Of a stretch of DNA of 12,894 nucleotides, positions 8,387 through 12,894 are shown piece by piece. Below the pieces are notes generated by a model, which had not been told where the DNA came from, did no database searches, and worked only from the letters and a program-made list of their open reading frames with translations. The translations under genes and the position numbers were made by a program. Every line of letters begins with the position of its first letter. Positions within the stretch are counted from its first letter, which is position 1. The stretch is from Octopus sinensis (taxonomy: Eukaryota), in the NCBI RefSeq assembly GCF_006345805.1, contig NW_021826415.1:1-12894 (forward strand). Direction: 5' to 3'.

Positions 8387-9693
8387 GGGAGTAGATGGAA
8401 AAGCGAATGAATATTAACAAGCTTACCGCCGCGATGAACACTAGTAATGAGATAAATTAATATCCGTTTGGAAGGAGGAGAGAGGTAAGAGCCTGAGCTG
8501 AAGGACCCTGGTTATTTAAGCCTGCTTCAAATAAACTATGGGGCGATTCAGAAATTTGAATATCTTAATATTGGTTATCCTGCAGGAAGTGAGGACAGTT
8601 AATGGCCGACTTTAATCATGTCTGGTTGTAGGAGGAGACTGTAACGAAATATGTGTTAGTCAAAAGTTGCATTCCGTGTGTAGTGTGGAGGGTGAATCCT
8701 AGGCAGAGTAACAAGTTTTAATGAAAACGTCGAAGGCAATATGGTAACAACTATAAAGGTTTAAATAATTAAAATTCCCTTGTCGATGAGAAATATAATG
8801 TAGAGTATATTATTGGCTGATATTTATTAAATATAGACAAGGTGAATCAATGACAACAACCAATATTTTAATTAAATGTAATTAAAATTGCACACGCAAT
8901 GCAGAGGCGAGAGCATTACTTCGTGATCTAATATTGATAAAATTTGATATTTATCAAATAATATCTACTATAATTTTACGTAATTTCCAAGTTTTGTGCA
9001 GTGAATTAGGTTGAGGAGAGATGAGCAGTTCGATATATTATACAAACTTAATCAAATTTCCTGTTCAATGCAATCAAGCTACGTTAGAATGCATTCATCG
9101 GAATCTTTCTAGTTGTAAAGATTCGGTTAATGGTTCTGGTTTGCGGACAGCAACTAGTTTTGGGTTTCGTTATCAAATTTTTCCAACTCCATCATCAACG
9201 GAATAGGTTTTTTAAATTGTCATACTGATGTTGTCTCCATTAGGTAACCATAGAAGGTCAGCATTATTTACTGAACTCCTTCTTTTTAGTTTGATCCATG
9301 TCCCGCATTAGAATCTGTTGTAATATTTACTTGTTGCAAAATGCATTTTTATTAGAGGGAAAAGTTTCATGTTGTGTGTCCGATTCAACCCTTTATATCA
9401 CAAAACAGACAATTTTTATTTTTCCATTAGAATCGTGTGTCCCAATCGGTGAATCAAACATGTTATGTGGATCTTCATCTGTTACGTGATTGTTACAAGA
9501 CTTACTGCTTGCTACAAAAGATTCGCAACAGCGCGACACTCATATCCGTTCATTTACAGGACCAGACTGGGAAGTTATGAAGATATTAATGCATTTACCA
9601 ACGAAACTGTTGAAACTTGATGGAATAAAATAATAATGAGTGTCGGAAAATTGCAAACCACAATGGATTAAACCCGAACGCAATTGTGACATC

Positions 9694-10100
9694 AATATAT
9701 CTATATATATGTATATATTTTACATACATGCATTCATGTTTCTGGGAAAAGAGATATATACAAATGTACTTATAGATTCCATAATACTCACACACACAAA
9801 CACACACACACACGCACACATATATTCGTATATGTACATATGCTTACACATATATGCACACACACACACACATATATACATGTATGTATATATGTATGTA
9901 TTTGTCTCTCTATCTAAATATATTGTGTATGTGTGTACGTGTGTGTTTGCATAAGTGAAGAGTGTGTACATATACAGAAATATATGAGCACATGCACAAA
10001 CGAATGCATACACACACAAACACACACACATACACACATACACAAACACACACACGCAAACACACACACACACAAACACACACATGCACAAACACAAACA
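9694..10100. repeat. Degenerate (CA)n/(TA)n/(TG)n microsatellite region
   Basis: Directly visible runs. Confidence 0.93.
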
Positions 10101-10249
10101 GGCATAGGAATGCAGATAGAAACATTGAAATTAACTTAGGCAAAACCGCAGGAACATATATTTATAGGTATGGACACACCTACTGCATGTCTGTACCCGC
10201 CTTATTATTCGCTTTCATCTTTCAGAAGATAAGTAAACACCCACTCAGC

Positions 10250-10592
10250 GGGATATATATATATATATACCCCAGAAGTAACAGATGCACACAAAAATTT
10301 ATGCACCAGAGTACAAAAACACGCATACACATGAGCCCGGGTACACACTCAAAAGCGCGTAGATTATCGACGCATGTACACATACATACATACCTATATA
10401 TATATATACATGTATATATATATATATGTATGTATGTATGTATATATGTTATATACATAATATATATATATATGTATATTATATATCTGTATAGTATAAA
10501 CACACACACACACATATACACACACATATATATATATATATATAGATATATATATATTATATATATATATATATATATATCATACATACAGA
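10250..10592. repeat. (TA)n/(CA)n/(TATG)n microsatellite region
   Basis: Directly visible runs with short spacers. Confidence 0.9.
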
Positions 10593-10659
10593 CTAATTTA
10601 TATCTTAGTGCTTCAACAAGGCAAAACATAACAAACGTGACAAAAACACAACTAATTCA

Positions 10660-10712
10660 GTAATAAAATTAATAATAGTAATAATAATAGCAACACAACA
10701 ACAATAATAATA

Positions 10713-10758
<46 letters not shown>

Positions 10759-10970
10759 TAATAATAATAATAATAATAATAACGATGATGATGATGATGA
10801 TGATGGATGATGATGATAATAATAATAATAATGATAATAGTAATGATTATGATAATAATAATAATAATAATAATAATAAAGATGATGATAACAAAAATGA
10901 TGTTGATAACGAGAAAGATAATGATAATATTAAGAAAAACAATAGGAACACTAATGATAATAATAAGAAG
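10660..10970. repeat. (TAA)n/(TGA)n trinucleotide array decaying rightwards
   Basis: Near-perfect TAA/TGA triplets at 10660-10880, then degenerate to ~10970. Confidence 0.95.
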
Positions 10971-11151
10971 AGCATTATCAAAGAAAAAAGCTGCAAAACC
11001 GTTTGGTTGCGGTTCACCCTGGGAATATCTGTTTCAGAAGAATTGGTAAGTCTATTATTATTCGCTTAGTTCTGTAGAGAACTGTGAGAGAATTGCCCAT
11101 CTCTGATAATGAAAGAAATTGTTTTAAAAAACCAAGAGACACACAGAAAAG

Positions 11152-11166
11152 AAACACACATACACA

Positions 11167-11235
<69 letters not shown>

Positions 11236-11353
11236 TCACACACACATATACATAGCCATGCAAATAGATATCTATAAACCTATGTAAATATGCATGGGTA
11301 TCAATATGCATATATGTCTACACGCTAATGCGTGTGTGTGTGTGTGTGTGTGT
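11152..11353. repeat. (CA)n followed by (TG)n microsatellites
   Basis: (CA)n at ~11153-11252 and (TG)n at ~11329-11353. Confidence 0.93.
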
Positions 11354-11537
11354 GGAAATAATTACGTCAATACGTATATATTTAAGATGCACTAAAAAGA
11401 AGAACCTTCCCCAAATAATTATCAGAATCCATTTCCCAAATGTTTTGAATGAGAATGGGAAATCAAACGGATGCGATGTACCTGCTAATTTCAAAACATG
11501 GCGGCTATATTATATACATAATGTGGTACACAGCACT

Positions 11538-11539
<2 letters not shown>

Positions 11540-11620
<81 letters not shown>

Positions 11621-11821
11621 TGTATGTATGTATATTTATATATATATACAATATATATACATGCATATATATACATATATAAATGAGCATGCATATTGCA
11701 TATTTATACACACATATTTGTTTTATATATGTATTACTCAAACAGCCATGCTTGTGTATATATATATATATTTACATATACATATATCTACATAATTATA
11801 TATATATACATACACATACAT

Positions 11822-11860
<39 letters not shown>

Positions 11861-11995
11861 AATATAATATATATACATGCATATGCATAGAAATATACAC
11901 TTAGGCGTGTTATGTGTGTATAAATTTATGTATATATATACACACACACACAAACGCATGCATGCTGGTTGTGTGTGTGTAGTGTGTGTGAGAGA
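11540..11995. repeat. (TA)n-dominated compound microsatellite
   Basis: Directly visible runs. Confidence 0.95.
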
Positions 11996-12173
11996 TGGGG
12001 GAGGGCGAAAAGAAACGGCTAGACAAACAGACAGATTCAGAAAATAGTTAGGAAGCGTGAGAAGCAAACAGAGAGACAGCGACGAAAGCTTTGTCTTCAT
12101 CGTGTGAGGGTTTTGGGGCGGGATTCCCCTCGCCTTCTTTGAAATCACCCGTAATATAGAATCACAAACTGTA

Positions 12174-12208
12174 TCAACAACAACAACAACAACAATAACG
12201 CAACAGCT

Positions 12209-12250
<42 letters not shown>

Positions 12251-12316
12251 GCAACAACAACACTAACCATTACTACTACAGCTACAAGAATCGGAACAGC
12301 TACAGCAACGTTGGCA

Positions 12317-12367
<51 letters not shown>

Positions 12368-12415
12368 GCTGATGCTGCTACTACTGCTACTACTATTACT
12401 ACTACTACTACTACA

Positions 12416-12485
<70 letters not shown>

Positions 12486-12722
12486 TACTACTACTACTAC
12501 ACCACTACTACTAGTACTACTACTATAATAATAACAGGAACTACAACAACATCGATAACGTCGACAACAGTAATAACAACATTTGGAACATCATTAACGA
12601 CATTACAAATATCAGGAACAAAAAAAAAATCACAAAAATGAACTTTGAGAGCAACAACGATAACAACAACAACAAAAAGCAACATCTGTAGCAGCAGCAG
12701 CAGTAGCCGAAGCAGCAGCAAT
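12174..12722. repeat. Compound trinucleotide array (CAA)n,(CTA)n,(CTG)n,(CAG)n
   Basis: CAA ~12174-12260, CTA/CTG ~12318-12525, then degenerate CAA/CAG to ~12722. Confidence 0.95.
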
Positions 12723-12894
12723 GAAACCAATTGGGAAACAATGTGCCGCAGCTTATTTTTTGTCAATGAAATCATTTTCATTTTGATTAATGACTTTTTC
12801 TCATCCATCAGGCAATCTAAATATTCCATCAACATAAAATTTGACTGATTTTGAAGAACAAAACGAAGTATTTTGACTCCATCTAGATCATTCA

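Noticed and set aside
9575-9600. Minus-strand taaatgcatta resembles the start of miR-277
   Set aside because: Only about 11 nt match and there is no complementary 5' arm upstream.
10755-11069. Asn/Asp-rich ORF ending near a gtaagt donor at 11046
   Set aside because: Derived from the (TAA/TGA)n array; the short unique part is unrecognisable and lacks an upstream acceptor.
11421-11500. Overlapping 8-10 bp inverted repeats (atttccca/tgggaaat; atgttttgaa/ttcaaaacat); similar ones at 5060-5084 and 8942-8959
   Set aside because: Short AT-rich stems, expected by chance at this base composition.
12174-12848. Thr-rich mucin-like reading on the + strand and Leu/Val-rich ORF on the - strand
   Set aside because: The ACN frame is broken by single-base shifts (~12415, ~12500) and explained by CAA/CTA microsatellite decay. 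No supporting domain or clear exon boundaries.

Overview
AT-rich, very microsatellite-dense eukaryotic non-coding DNA (intronic or intergenic). It is most likely from an octopus (coleoid cephalopod), judged from three fragments resembling the tRNA-derived Octopus SINE (OR-type, recalled from memory) and the density of di- and trinucleotide repeats. No intact protein-coding gene is supported, and nearly all ORFs in the track are translations of simple repeats. The only recognisable protein homology is a degenerate, truncated Penelope-like retroelement reverse transcriptase on the minus strand (~7280-8208), which abuts the internal (TA)n of a SINE 5' head. The most interesting unexplained structure is a pre-miRNA-like hairpin at 5841-5922 (25-position upper stem with 2 mismatches and 3 G:U pairs). 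Weaker ~60-nt hairpins at 3524-3583 and 4642-4700 raise the speculative possibility of a lineage-specific miRNA cluster.
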